Source of the DNA: an uncultured Bacilli bacterium
GTDB taxonomy: Bacteria > Bacillota_I > Bacilli_A > RF39 > UBA660
DNA length: 64,000 nucleotides
Assembly: GCA_947588685.1 (NCBI GenBank)
Contig: CANPYM010000001.1
Coordinates: forward strand, 479 to 64,478
Reading direction: 5' to 3'
Shown here piece after piece: positions 1 through 9,730 of the stretch (position 1 is its first letter; each line of letters opens with the position of its first letter). The notes under the pieces were generated by a model. That model made no database searches, was not told where the DNA came from, and saw only the letters and a program-made list of their open reading frames with translations. A program made the position numbers and the translations under genes.

Positions 1-289
1 TTATCCGAACTGGATGCTCAACGACTAAATCGCTAGCTTGACAATCCTTAATTGATGCTTTATTTAAAATTGGGTATAATGGTGACTTATATAATAAATC
101 ATTTGCTAAGCCATCTTCTGTAATTGTAAATAGCATACTTCTAACAATATGACTTTTATTAACTCTTAACTGACCAGTTCTAATACTATAACCATCTCCA
201 TCAATACCATCTTGTAAGGCTTTAAAAAACTGAAGTGGTTTAACAACATGACCAACATATATAGTATCACGGCTAACAACTGTTTTCAT
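1..289 (-). CDS. hypothetical protein, N-terminal 96 codons only (gene runs off window edge)
   Basis: ATG at 289-287 preceded by GGGGGA SD (295-300 on the reverse complement). The frame is open to position 1 (MKTVVSRDTIYVGHVVKPLQFF...). No family recognised. Confidence 0.5.
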   Translation of the reverse strand, partial: MKTVVSRDTIYVGHVVKPLQFFKALQDGIDGDGYSIRTGQLRVNKSHIVRSMLFTITEDGLANDLLYKSPLYPILNKASIKDCQASDLVVEHPVRI

Positions 290-351
290 AATATTCCCCC
301 TTGAATGAGAGTATATTAACACATATTCCCTTTTTTTGCAAATTTTAAATT

Positions 352-379
352 AAAAGATACTACCTCATAAAGTAGTACC
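352..379 (-). terminator. rho-independent terminator after galE
   Basis: Minus strand GGTACTAC-tttatgag-GTAGTATC (8-bp stem with one G-U pair) followed by TTTTAATTT, immediately after the galE stop. Confidence 0.5.
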
Positions 380-1378
380 TTATTTTGTTTTAATAACATA
401 ATTATAAGCATCACGGCACATATCTTCAAGATTAAGTTCTGCTTTCCATCCTAAACATTGATAAACACTTGAAGGATCAGCATAACAGGCAGCGATATCA
501 CCAGGTCGGCGATCAACAATTTGGTATGGAACTTTAACATTATTAACTTGCTCAAAAGTTTTAACTAACTCTAAAACACTATAACCTTTTCCCGTACCTA
601 AATTGTAATATTTAAGACCACTACCCTTTAAAACCTCTTCTAAGGCTTTAATATGACCATTAGCTAAATCTGTAATATGGATATAATCTCTTACACCTGT
701 ACCATCAGGAGTGTCATAATCATTACCAAAAATATTTAAAATAGGAAGTTCTCCTGTTGCTACCTTGATAATATATGGCATTAAATTGTTTGGTATGCCA
801 TTAGGATTCTCACCAATTAACCCACTTTTATGAGCACCTAGTGGATTAAAGTAACGCAAAATAGTAATATTCCAATCATTATCAGCCGTATAAACATCCT
901 TTAAAATGCCCTCAATATATAATTTAGTTGAACCATAAGGATTGGTTGTCGTTAATGGGGCATCTTCTTTTATAGGTAGTGTTTGCGGTGAGCCATAGAC
1001 AGTCGCACTTGATGAAAAGACAATATTTTTACAGTTATATTTTGTCATTACCTCTAGTAAATTAAGTGTTGAATCAATATTGTTACGATAATAAAGTAAA
1101 GGTTTTGAAACCGATTCACCAACAGCTTTTAACCCCGCGAAATGTAATACTGCAGCAATTTTATGATGGGAAAATATCTTATTAATTAAAGCGTAATCAC
1201 AAACATTTCCCTTATAAAACTTAACATCTTTACCAGTAATTTTTTTGATGCTATCAATAACGTCCATCTTAGAATTACAAAGATTATCAACAATTATAAC
1301 ATCATAACCAGCTTCTAATAAAGAAACGGCTGTATGACTACCAATATAGCCACAACCACCTGTAACAAGAATTTCCAT
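380..1378 (-). CDS. galE: UDP-glucose 4-epimerase
   Basis: 332 aa. N-terminal Rossmann motif VTGGCGYIGSH, YxxxK catalytic motif (PYGSTKLY), GalE-like over the whole length. Confidence 0.93.
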   Translation of the reverse strand: MEILVTGGCGYIGSHTAVSLLEAGYDVIIVDNLCNSKMDVIDSIKKITGKDVKFYKGNVCDYALINKIFSHHKIAAVLHFAGLKAVGESVSKPLLYYRNNIDSTLNLLEVMTKYNCKNIVFSSSATVYGSPQTLPIKEDAPLTTTNPYGSTKLYIEGILKDVYTADNDWNITILRYFNPLGAHKSGLIGENPNGIPNNLMPYIIKVATGELPILNIFGNDYDTPDGTGVRDYIHITDLANGHIKALEEVLKGSGLKYYNLGTGKGYSVLELVKTFEQVNNVKVPYQIVDRRPGDIAACYADPSSVYQCLGWKAELNLEDMCRDAYNYVIKTK

Positions 1379-1386
1379 ATATCCTC

Positions 1387-1998
1387 CTAATCAATCACTG
1401 TAACTTTTGTAATTATAGGTTGATTTTCTTTAGCAACCGTCTCACCATCAGCTAAAGTTATCGTCTCATCACATATTTTATCAACGACTTCCATACCATT
1501 TGTCACATGTCCAAAAGCAGCATACTGACCATCTAAAAACTCAGAATCTTGATGAACAATAAAGAATTGGCTACTAGCACTATCATAAAGTTGGGAACGA
1601 GCCATAGAGATAACACCGCGTTTATGAGAAATAGTATTATTCACACCATTAGCTTTAAACTCACCCTTGATTTTATTTGGTGAGCCACCCGTTCCATTAC
1701 CATCAGGATCACCACCTTGAATCATAAAGCCTTTGTATACTCGATGAAATGTTAATCCATCATAAAAACCCGATTTAGCTAAATCAATAAAGTTAGTTAC
1801 TGTTATTGGCGCTACATCTGCATCTAATTCAAGTTCAATTGTACCATATTTTTCTACTTCCATTTTAACGTGATGTAAACCTTTCATATATTCACTCTCC
1901 TCTTTCTTTTCGTTGTCTTTAACTTCTTCTTTTTGACCACAACCAATCATCATAAAAAAGAACATAAAACACACTATTATTGGAACTATTTTCTTCAT
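1387..1998 (-). CDS. cyclophilin-type peptidyl-prolyl isomerase, predicted lipoprotein
   Basis: 203 aa. Hydrophobic signal peptide ending in a lipobox-like MIGC. Cyclophilin core FHRVYKGFMIQGGDP...SMAR...SQFFI. Confidence 0.9.
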   Translation of the reverse strand: MKKIVPIIVCFMFFFMMIGCGQKEEVKDNEKKEESEYMKGLHHVKMEVEKYGTIELELDADVAPITVTNFIDLAKSGFYDGLTFHRVYKGFMIQGGDPDGNGTGGSPNKIKGEFKANGVNNTISHKRGVISMARSQLYDSASSQFFIVHQDSEFLDGQYAAFGHVTNGMEVVDKICDETITLADGETVAKENQPIITKVTVID

Positions 1999-2021
1999 TA
2001 TATCACCATCTTAATTATAAC

Positions 2022-2049
2022 AAAAAAAATAGAGGTAAACAACCTCTAT
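2022..2049 (-). terminator. rho-independent terminator
   Basis: Minus strand ATAGAGG-ttgttta-CCTCTAT followed by T8. It overlaps the stop of the 139-aa ORF. Confidence 0.7.
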
Positions 2050-2465
2050 TTTTCTATCATATTTAGCAAATTAATTTTAAACATATCTTTTTCAGCGTGT
2101 TGTTTAGATACCATAACACCCTTATATGTTACTAACTCACTTGCATGTCCTTCACTTAAAATCTCTGTTGGTTCAAATTTATCTAGCATTACTATTTTTT
2201 CTTTTTCGTATACTAAATAATATAATTTAATATCACCATGCACCTTAGAAAATAAAGCATCCGTTGGTAACTTTAATTCATAAGTTTTAGTACCATTAGT
2301 TTTATTTGTTGAAATTAATTTTCCTAGGAAATTTCCTTCTTTTAAAGCAGGATAAAATTCAAAATATAATTTCTTATAGGCAAGCATGTTATATTTTTTT
2401 ATAGAACGTTCTAACTTCTTAAACTCATTTTCGTTAACGTAATCAAACACATAGGTATTCTTCAT
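2046..2465 (-). CDS. hypothetical protein (139 aa)
   Basis: Complete ORF bounded by its own terminator and an upstream AT-rich promoter region. No family recognised with confidence. Confidence 0.55.
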   Translation of the reverse strand: MKNTYVFDYVNENEFKKLERSIKKYNMLAYKKLYFEFYPALKEGNFLGKLISTNKTNGTKTYELKLPTDALFSKVHGDIKLYYLVYEKEKIVMLDKFEPTEILSEGHASELVTYKGVMVSKQHAEKDMFKINLLNMIEK

Positions 2466-2540
2466 AACAAGCCCCTTCCTATCATAATATTATACTATTC
2501 TTATTCTAATTTTATGATAACATATTAACATAGTGTTGTC

Positions 2541-2570
2541 AAACAAAAAGAAGCGGAAAGACGCTTCCTT
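2541..2570 (-). terminator. rho-independent terminator (bidirectional shape)
   Basis: GAAGCG-tctttc-CGCTTC followed by TTTTTGTTT on the minus strand, 17 nt after the stop of the 502-aa gene. Confidence 0.65.
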
Positions 2571-2586
2571 TTGTCTTTTATTTACA

Positions 2587-4095
2587 CTATGCGGCTTTCT
2601 TTCGACCTGTTAATTTATAACCTTGAGAAGTTAAGTTTTTATCAACTGGATCACATGTACTCCACTTTATGTCAGATGTTCCACCAGTATATTTTTTAGT
2701 ACGATAACGATAATATGTAACATTACCATATACTGGAACTTTTCTTGTCTCGTATACTGGAACTTTCTTTGTTGCATATACTGGAACTTTTCTTGTTGCG
2801 TATACAGCAACTTTCTTTGTTGCATATACTGGAACTTTTCTTGTTGCATATACTGGAACTTTTCTTGTTGCATATACTGGAACTTGTTTTGTCGTATATA
2901 CTGGTTTTGTCTCATATACTGGAACTGTTTCTGTCTTATATTCCGTTTTATATACTGGAACTACTTCATATACATCCCAAGTATAAGAAGTTCTTACAGC
3001 ACAGCTTGAACAACTTTGAGAAGTTCTAGATCCTCTTTTTACATAAATATATTTTGATGTATTAGAAGGTATCGTTGTTCCACTATCAGATTTAACATAT
3101 TTAGTTGTTGTACCAGATTGAACACGATATGCCTTACGTACTGTTTGTGTACCAACTTGAACTTTTGTTGTACCTGTTTGTACTCTTTCCGTTTTATATC
3201 CAGATACATATTGTTCATCTTTATATTCTTTTACATATTGTTCATCTTTATATTCTTTGATATATTTTTTATCAATATAACGTGATACATACTTTTCTAC
3301 AGCTTGTTTAGCTACATAGGTTTGTAATTTTGTACCCGTTTGTACTTTTTCCGTTTTTTCACTAATTTTTTCTTCTACTACTTTTGTCTGTACTTCCGTG
3401 TTACTATCAGCAGTTACTTTATTTTTAGACCAATCTGACCATGGTGTATAAGACCAAGTACCATCAGTTGTTTTCTTATATTCACAGATATATTTTTTAG
3501 TTGTACTTGTACTAGGTTTTGGAGATGGGTTTACGACTGGTGTTTGCTTTTCACATACACCGGTTGCCTTACAATAGTCGTAGCAGCCAAGATATACCAT
3601 AATATAGTCTTCTTGTGAACCACAGCTTAAGTTAACCTTCATTCGATATTCTTCATCATATTTAGTAATTTCAACATATGATTTTTCAGCACTACAGTAG
3701 TTTCCATCTTTATCGATTAATTTTAAAACTAAATGTTTTTCATACATTTGCGCTAAAGTCATCTTATCGCTTTGACCAACTTTTTGTGGCAAACGCTCAT
3801 TAGTATAGTAACCAACAGCTGCATCTTTCATTCTTTCAATATTATCAGCAAATATTTGGTTATATAAAGCGGCTAAACGATCAATTGATGTCTCACTAGC
3901 ATTTTGTTTCTCATTATCAGCGCTAGCATCAGCTTTAGACTCTGTTTGTGTTTTATTAATATTGTCATTAAAAAACTTGCGCATATATCCCTTAGTTGGG
4001 AATAACCACACTAATAAAATGACAAATAAAACGACAAAAAATATTTGAATTAATATATCCTTGACGGAAAATGTCTCTCTTCTTTCTTCGTACAT
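2587..4095 (-). CDS. membrane-anchored Cys-rich protein with C-terminal octapeptide repeat array
   Basis: 502 aa. One N-terminal TM helix (ILIQIFFVVLFVILLVWLF), a Cys-containing middle domain, duplicated YVKEYKDEQ, then about 8 copies of KVPVYAT(R/K). Strong promoter and terminator flank it. Confidence 0.75.
   Translation of the reverse strand: MYEERRETFSVKDILIQIFFVVLFVILLVWLFPTKGYMRKFFNDNINKTQTESKADASADNEKQNASETSIDRLAALYNQIFADNIERMKDAAVGYYTNERLPQKVGQSDKMTLAQMYEKHLVLKLIDKDGNYCSAEKSYVEITKYDEEYRMKVNLSCGSQEDYIMVYLGCYDYCKATGVCEKQTPVVNPSPKPSTSTTKKYICEYKKTTDGTWSYTPWSDWSKNKVTADSNTEVQTKVVEEKISEKTEKVQTGTKLQTYVAKQAVEKYVSRYIDKKYIKEYKDEQYVKEYKDEQYVSGYKTERVQTGTTKVQVGTQTVRKAYRVQSGTTTKYVKSDSGTTIPSNTSKYIYVKRGSRTSQSCSSCAVRTSYTWDVYEVVPVYKTEYKTETVPVYETKPVYTTKQVPVYATRKVPVYATRKVPVYATKKVAVYATRKVPVYATKKVPVYETRKVPVYGNVTYYRYRTKKYTGGTSDIKWSTCDPVDKNLTSQGYKLTGRKKAA
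2729..2962 (-). repeat. 24-bp in-frame tandem repeat (8 regular copies plus 2 degenerate)
   Basis: The unit tatactggaacttttcttgttgca starts at 2729, 2753, 2777, 2801, 2825, 2849, 2873 and 2897. Degenerate copies start at 2915 and 2951. It encodes VPVYATRK-type octapeptides. Confidence 0.9.
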
Positions 4096-4127
4096 ACAAA
4101 TCCCCCTCTTTTCACAAGTTGTGCCCT

Positions 4128-4156
4128 ATATTAGCACTTTTTTAAATAATTGTCAA
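4128..4156 (-). promoter_or_regulatory. sigma-A type promoter of the 502-aa repeat protein gene
   Basis: Minus strand TTGACA (4156-4151), 17-nt spacer, TAATAT (4133-4128), about 30 nt upstream of the GGGGGA SD and ATG. Confidence 0.6.
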
Positions 4157-4180
4157 GTTGAAATTAAGAACTATTAAGTC

Positions 4181-4206
4181 AAAAAAGCATTTTTAACAAA
4201 TGCTCC
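4181..4206 (-). terminator. rho-independent terminator after the Smr gene
   Basis: Minus strand AGCATTT-gttaa-AAATGCT followed by TTTTTT. Confidence 0.7.
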
Positions 4207-4272
4207 TAAAATTTTATATGTGAAAACAAATATTTTAGGTGTTTTTTCATATTTTTGCCTGTATCACAAGCC

Positions 4273-4557
4273 TTATATTCCCTTTTTATCTTTGGAAGCA
4301 ATCGCCACGATTGTCATTCCGACATTACCTGCAAAAATTTGATAATCTAAAACATATTTATTTTTCTTTAAAGTTTCATGTGTTGTATGGCGAATTACAC
4401 CAGAACCAATACCATGAACAATAACTACATTAGTGTTTCCCATAATATAATTATCATAAATAAACTCATTAATCTTTATTTTGGCATATAAGCTATCGAA
4501 GCCATGCAAATCAAGTGATGGTAAATTATCTACAAATATTATCTCATTTAAGTTCAT
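4273..4557 (-). CDS. Smr domain protein
   Basis: LDLHG...VVIVHGIGSGVIR matches the Smr/MutS2 C-terminal domain signature. Start placed at MNLNEIIF. The longer ORF-track start would overlap the kinase gene by 65 nt. Confidence 0.7.
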   Translation of the reverse strand: MNLNEIIFVDNLPSLDLHGFDSLYAKIKINEFIYDNYIMGNTNVVIVHGIGSGVIRHTTHETLKKNKYVLDYQIFAGNVGMTIVAIASKDKKGI

Positions 4558-5437
4558 TAAAGACTTCGTCCATTTCATCTTTAGAGAAAATAGAATTACG
4601 ACCACCAATTCTTGTTACACTCATTGCTCCCGCAACATTAGCGTAGCGAAGAACTTTTTCTAATGGCCAATTAGAAGCAATACCATAAGCAAAAGCACCA
4701 TGGAATATATCTCCTGCGCCTGTTGAATCAACAGCCTTAACGTGAACAGATGGAACAACTGTTACTTCCCCATCTTTCTTATAGGCGCAGCCTTCATCTT
4801 CTAACGTTACAACAATCGTCGTATTAAACTCATTTTCTAACATATTAAAAGCTTTTTCTAGTGATGCTTGATCCGTGATAGGGGTATGACTAACTAATTC
4901 CATAAAATCTTTAGAACATACAACATAATCAGCCATATAGCACAAATCTTTAACTTCTTTACGATCTCTACCAGCGTCAATAATAACGACAGCATCAGGG
5001 TATTTTTCAATCATTTTCTTTGACATTTCATACTCTTGCCCATCAACTAAAATGATATCTGGGTCAATATCGATATCCACATCATGCATCTTCATATCAC
5101 TTGGACGGTAAGTTAAAATTGTTCTACTACCCGTTGAGGTATTAGCAATGATGTGGCTTGATGTTGTCGTATATTCATCACTTAATTGTAAGTAATCTGT
5201 GTTAACGCCAATACTGCGGAACTCATCACGAATTCTTTTACCATATAAGTCATTACCAACGATTCCCGCAAAGTAGACATTACAGCCCCATTTTGCTAAA
5301 AGATAAGCAGCATTACCAGCTGGTCCTCCTCCACATTCAATCCGATCGTGAACACGATTTTTCGTATTTTCTTTAGGATAGACATCAAGTGGTGTCGTTA
5401 TATCATAAGCACTATGTCCAATACATAATATTTTCAT
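4544..5437 (-). CDS. PfkB-family carbohydrate/nucleoside kinase
   Basis: N-terminal GGGPAGNAA di-Gly region and C-terminal DSTGAGDIFHGAFAYG motif of ribokinase/PfkB kinases. ATG at 5437 follows an AGGTGA SD. Confidence 0.85.
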   Translation of the reverse strand: MKILCIGHSAYDITTPLDVYPKENTKNRVHDRIECGGGPAGNAAYLLAKWGCNVYFAGIVGNDLYGKRIRDEFRSIGVNTDYLQLSDEYTTTSSHIIANTSTGSRTILTYRPSDMKMHDVDIDIDPDIILVDGQEYEMSKKMIEKYPDAVVIIDAGRDRKEVKDLCYMADYVVCSKDFMELVSHTPITDQASLEKAFNMLENEFNTTIVVTLEDEGCAYKKDGEVTVVPSVHVKAVDSTGAGDIFHGAFAYGIASNWPLEKVLRYANVAGAMSVTRIGGRNSIFSKDEMDEVFNELK

Positions 5438-5503
5438 ATCATCACCTAATATAATTATAATCAAAATTAAAGGTAAAGTAAATAATTTAAAGATTTTTAT
5501 AAC

Positions 5504-5533
5504 AAAAAAAGATTAAGGATAAACCTTAATCTT
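5504..5533 (-). terminator. rho-independent terminator after ppdK
   Basis: Minus strand AAGATTAAGG-tttat-CCTTAATCTT (10-bp stem) followed by T7. Confidence 0.8.
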
Positions 5534-8162
5534 CAGCTTTTAATTCCTTTAAAGCAGCTTGAGCAGCAGCTAAACGAGCGATTGGAACACGATATGGGCT
5601 GCAAGATACGTAAGTTAAACCAATCTTATGGCAGAACTCAATACTTGATGGTTCACCACCATGCTCACCACAGATACCTAATTTAATATCAGGACGGAAA
5701 CTACGACCTTTATTAACAGCCATCTTAACTAATTCACCGACACCAGTTTGATCTAGTTTAGCAAATGGATCTGATTCATAAATCTTATTTTGATAATAAG
5801 AATCTAAGAACTTACCAGCATCATCACGTGAGAAACCAAAAGTCATTTGTGTTAAATCATTTGTACCAAATGAGAAGAACTCAGCTTCAACGGCGATTTG
5901 ACCAGCTGTAATAGCGGCTCTTGGTATTTCAATCATTGTACCAATATGATATTTCATAAATGAATGTTTCTCTTGTTTTACTTTTTCAGCTGTCTCAACA
6001 ACAATATCTTTAACAAACTTTAACTCTTTAACTTCCCCAACTAATGGAATCATAATTTCAGGAACAATTTCGATATTTTCTTCCTCACTAACTTCAATAG
6101 CAGCTTCCATTAAAGCACGTGTTTGCATTCTAGCAATCTCTGGATAAGTAACAGCTAAACGGCAACCACGATGACCCATCATTGGGTTAAACTCATGTAA
6201 TTCACTAATCTTATTTTTCAATGCTTCAATACTTACATTCATATCTTTAGCTAACGCTTCAATATCCTCTTCATTAGTTGGTAAGAACTCATGTAGAGGT
6301 GGATCTAAGTATCTAACAGTCATTGGTAAGGTCTTTAATTCTTTATACATAGCTTTGAAGTCAGCTTTTTGGAATGGAATTAACTCATTTAAGGCTTCTT
6401 CACGAGCTTCAACGGTATCAGCTAAAATCATCTTACGAATCTTTGGAATACGATCTTCTTCAAAGAACATATGCTCTGTACGGCATAAACCAATACCTTC
6501 AGCACCTAATTCTAGAGCTTTCTTTGTATCTCTTGGATTATCAGCATTTGTTCTAACGCCTAACCGACGAGCATCATCAGCCCACCCCATAAGACGACCA
6601 AAGTTACCACTAACAGTTGCTTCAACAGTCTTAATATCACCATCATAGATTTTACCAGTTGTACCATCAAGAGAAATATAATCGCCTTCATGGTATGTTT
6701 TACCACCTAAAGTAAACTCTTTAGTTTCTTCATTAATCTTGATATCGCCACATCCAGATACACAGCAAGTACCCATACCACGCGCTACAACAGCAGCATG
6801 ACTTGTCATACCACCACGAGCCGTTAAGATACCTTGAGATGCAACCATACCTTCGATATCCTCTGGCGTTGTTTCAAGACGAACAAGAATAACTCTTTCA
6901 CCTTTACCACCAGTACCTTGTTCTTTAGCTTCTTCAGCCGTAAAGACAACTTTACCAGCAGCAGCACCAGGAGATGCAGGTAATCCTTCACCAATAACCG
7001 TGCCCTCTTTTAAAGCCTTTTCATCAAAAGTTGGGTGTAGTAATTGATCTAATGATTTAGCATCAATTCGAAGAACAGCTTCTTCTTTGGTAATCATTTC
7101 TTCATCAACTAAATCACAAGCAATTTGAATAGCAGCATGAGCTGTTCTTTTACCATTACGTGTTTGTAAGAAATATAATTTACCTTCTTGGATAGTAAAT
7201 TCCATATCTTGCATATCACGATAATGTTTTTCAAGCATCGTTGCTGTTTTAACAAATTCATCGTAGCAATCCGGCATATCTTCAGCTAATTTACTGATTG
7301 GTTGTGGTGTTCTGACGCCGGCAACAACATCTTCACCTTGAGCATTGATTAAGTATTCACCATAAATACCCTTTTCCCCAGTTGATGGGTTACGAGTGAA
7401 GGCTACACCAGTACCAGATGTATCACCCATATTACCGAAAACCATAGCTTGAACGTTAACAGCCGTTCCCCAATCAGATGGAATATCATTCATCCGACGA
7501 TAAACAATAGCTCTTGGATTATCCCATGATCTAAATACTGCTTTAACAGCACCTAACAATTGATCTTTTGGATCTTGTGGGAAAGCTTCACCAATAGCTT
7601 CTTCATAAACTTTTTTAAAACGATTAACTAATTCTTTTAAGTCATCGGTTGTAAGCTCGGTATCATATTTAACGCCTTTAGCTTCTTTTACTTCGTCGAT
7701 AATTTTTTCAAAATGTGATTTTGGAACTTCCATAACAACATCAGAATACATTTGAATAAACCGACGATATGAATCATAAGCAAAACGTGGATTATCAGTC
7801 TTTTTAGCAAATCCTTCAACTGACGTATCATTTAAACCTAAGTTCAAGATGGTATCCATCATACCTGGCATTGATGCTCTAGCACCACTTCGAACAGATA
7901 CTAAAAGTGGGTCATCATTATCACCAAATTTTTTACCTTGCATTTGTTCTAGTTCTTTTAATGCAGCATAAATTTGTCCTTCAATTTCTCTTGAAAGAGT
8001 CTGACTATTGTCATAATAATCTGTACAAGCCTCGGTTGTAACAGTAAATCCTGGTGGGATTGGTAATCCTAAATTAGTCATTTCAGCTAAGTTAGCACCT
8101 TTACCACCTAGAAGGTTACGCATTTCCGCATTACCTTCGCTAAATAAGTATACAAACTTCAT
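5526..8162 (-). CDS. ppdK: pyruvate, phosphate dikinase
   Basis: 878 aa. Phosphohistidine swivel motif GGMTSHAAVVARGMG, N-terminal ATP-grasp region, C-terminal PEP-utiliser TIM barrel (GICGEHGG). Confidence 0.95.
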   Translation of the reverse strand: MKFVYLFSEGNAEMRNLLGGKGANLAEMTNLGLPIPPGFTVTTEACTDYYDNSQTLSREIEGQIYAALKELEQMQGKKFGDNDDPLLVSVRSGARASMPGMMDTILNLGLNDTSVEGFAKKTDNPRFAYDSYRRFIQMYSDVVMEVPKSHFEKIIDEVKEAKGVKYDTELTTDDLKELVNRFKKVYEEAIGEAFPQDPKDQLLGAVKAVFRSWDNPRAIVYRRMNDIPSDWGTAVNVQAMVFGNMGDTSGTGVAFTRNPSTGEKGIYGEYLINAQGEDVVAGVRTPQPISKLAEDMPDCYDEFVKTATMLEKHYRDMQDMEFTIQEGKLYFLQTRNGKRTAHAAIQIACDLVDEEMITKEEAVLRIDAKSLDQLLHPTFDEKALKEGTVIGEGLPASPGAAAGKVVFTAEEAKEQGTGGKGERVILVRLETTPEDIEGMVASQGILTARGGMTSHAAVVARGMGTCCVSGCGDIKINEETKEFTLGGKTYHEGDYISLDGTTGKIYDGDIKTVEATVSGNFGRLMGWADDARRLGVRTNADNPRDTKKALELGAEGIGLCRTEHMFFEEDRIPKIRKMILADTVEAREEALNELIPFQKADFKAMYKELKTLPMTVRYLDPPLHEFLPTNEEDIEALAKDMNVSIEALKNKISELHEFNPMMGHRGCRLAVTYPEIARMQTRALMEAAIEVSEEENIEIVPEIMIPLVGEVKELKFVKDIVVETAEKVKQEKHSFMKYHIGTMIEIPRAAITAGQIAVEAEFFSFGTNDLTQMTFGFSRDDAGKFLDSYYQNKIYESDPFAKLDQTGVGELVKMAVNKGRSFRPDIKLGICGEHGGEPSSIEFCHKIGLTYVSCSPYRVPIARLAAAQAALKELKAED

Positions 8163-8241
8163 TTTATCCTCCTAATCTATTAATTATTATATCATTTTTA
8201 ACTATCGTATGACAACCAAATTATAGTAATTTATCCTAAAT

Positions 8242-8823
8242 TTACACATTCGTTATGCCCATAACTTTTTCTAAGTAGCATTTCCCGCATAATGGTTCAT
8301 AAGTTACATCTCCCACGCCATCAATAGCAACATCTTCGCCATCAGTAACAAACTTACCATTTACCTTACGGCCTTGGAACTTAGCTTTCGCCCCACAAGA
8401 ACAAATAGTTACTAATTCTTCTAACTCATCAGCTAATTCCATTAATGTTCGACTGCCAGTAAATAACTTCGATTTAAACGTTGTCCTAAGACCATAACAG
8501 ATGACAGGAATATTACTAAGCTTACTTATTTTCCATAAGTCTTCAACTTGATAAGGTTGTAAAAACTGCGCTTCATCAACTAAAATACAAGCGACATCTC
8601 GCAAGTCAATTTTTTCTAAGACATTATCAAATGGTCTTAATATAACATCAGCTTGTTTTTTTAAACCAATTCTTGTAACAATACTTCCCCCACCTTTAGA
8701 ATCAATAGCGGGTTTAACAATAATTGCCCTTAAACCATTTTCTTGATAGTTGTGAGCTGTTTGTAATAGATGCATTGTTTTACCACAATTCATCGCACCA
8801 TAACGAAAATATAACTTTGCCAT
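8242..8823 (-). CDS. tdk: thymidine kinase
   Basis: 193 aa. P-loop GAMNCGKT, VDEAQF, C-terminal zinc cluster CSCG...CGKC. Confidence 0.93.
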   Translation of the reverse strand: MAKLYFRYGAMNCGKTMHLLQTAHNYQENGLRAIIVKPAIDSKGGGSIVTRIGLKKQADVILRPFDNVLEKIDLRDVACILVDEAQFLQPYQVEDLWKISKLSNIPVICYGLRTTFKSKLFTGSRTLMELADELEELVTICSCGAKAKFQGRKVNGKFVTDGEDVAIDGVGDVTYEPLCGKCYLEKVMGITNV

Positions 8824-8831
8824 AAATCCCC

Positions 8832-9665
8832 CTACTTATGCGCTCTTGGATGCGCACTTAGATATACATTTCTTAAATGTTCATTAGTTAGGTGCGTATA
8901 AATCGTCGTTGTACTCAATGATTCATGACCTAATAATTGTTGAACACTTCTTAAATCAGCCCCATTATTTAACATATCGGTCGCGAATGTATGTCGTAAA
9001 ACGTGGGGTGAGATATGAATTTTAAGACCAGCTGTTTGAACGGCATTATCAATAATCGTTCTTACCTCTCTTGTATTAACCTGATTACCTCGTTTACTTA
9101 ATAATAAGTAAGGAGCGTTTTTACTATCTAACTTCGGGCGAGCGTCTTTTAGATAAGCATCAAGCAAATTTTTACAACGTTCCCCATATAGAACAATTCG
9201 CTCTTTACTGCCTTTACCTAAAATGCTTATTTCACATTTATTCATATTGATATCTTTTAAAGTTATACCAACTAATTCACTAACTCGAATACCCGTAGCA
9301 TATAGAAGTTCTAACATTAAAGCATCCCTTAACCCTAATGGTGTCTTTTGATCAGGCGCTCCTAAGATGGCTTCTAATTCACTTGTATAAATAATTTTGG
9401 GCAATTTCTTTTCCATCTTTGGATTACTAATTAAAAGCATCGGATTATTCGTAATTAAATCTTGTTTTTTTAAATATTTGAAAAAACTTCGCAGTGAGGA
9501 AATATGTCTTGCAATCGCCCTATTAGCATATTTCTTATCATAGAGAAAATTAAGGTATTTCCGAATAATTTGATAATCAACTTTCTTAATATCATTAATT
9601 TTTTCTTCCTTTAAAAAGATATTAAATAAATCGAGGTCATCACGATAATTAATAATAGTATTCAC
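8832..9665 (-). CDS. tyrosine recombinase, XerC/XerD family (5-prime end unresolved, see finding)
   Basis: Catalytic residues present: ATGIRVSEL (Arg), HVLRHTFAT (His-x-x-Arg), LGHESLSTTTIYTH (His...Tyr). 9665 is the first canonical start (GTG), but Xer-like codons continue upstream to the stop at 9744-9746. Confidence 0.85.
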   Translation of the reverse strand: MNTIINYRDDLDLFNIFLKEEKINDIKKVDYQIIRKYLNFLYDKKYANRAIARHISSLRSFFKYLKKQDLITNNPMLLISNPKMEKKLPKIIYTSELEAILGAPDQKTPLGLRDALMLELLYATGIRVSELVGITLKDINMNKCEISILGKGSKERIVLYGERCKNLLDAYLKDARPKLDSKNAPYLLLSKRGNQVNTREVRTIIDNAVQTAGLKIHISPHVLRHTFATDMLNNGADLRSVQQLLGHESLSTTTIYTHLTNEHLRNVYLSAHPRAHK

Positions 9666-9730
9666 AGAATATTGTTTTTCATTCTGTAAAACAGCTAAAT
9701 ATGCATCAATTAACTTTTCCGTATTATCAC

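Noticed and set aside
2046-2465. RelE/ParE-like toxin call for the 139-aa ORF (…IKLYYLVYEKEKIVMLDKFEP…)
   Set aside because: Only a short beta-strand-like resemblance exists, there is no adjacent antitoxin-sized ORF, and the protein is longer than typical RelE toxins. It is left as hypothetical.
2729-2962. Possible CRISPR array, because of the regularly spaced 24-bp repeats
   Set aside because: The units are contiguous with no spacers, are in frame within a long ORF, and no cas genes are nearby.
2667-3029. ORFs 2667-2915 (minus, alternate frame) and 2745-3029 (plus) with repetitive QQEKFQYM / LELFLLHI sequences
   Set aside because: These are alternate-frame and antisense readings of the 24-bp tandem array inside the 502-aa gene. 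They have no independent SD or start context.
8832-9665. Xer-family recombinase as the prophage integrase
   Set aside because: It lies 35 kb from the prophage junction, is embedded among housekeeping genes (tdk, priA side), and is XerC/D-like in size and motifs. The prophage integrase, if any, must be beyond 64,000.
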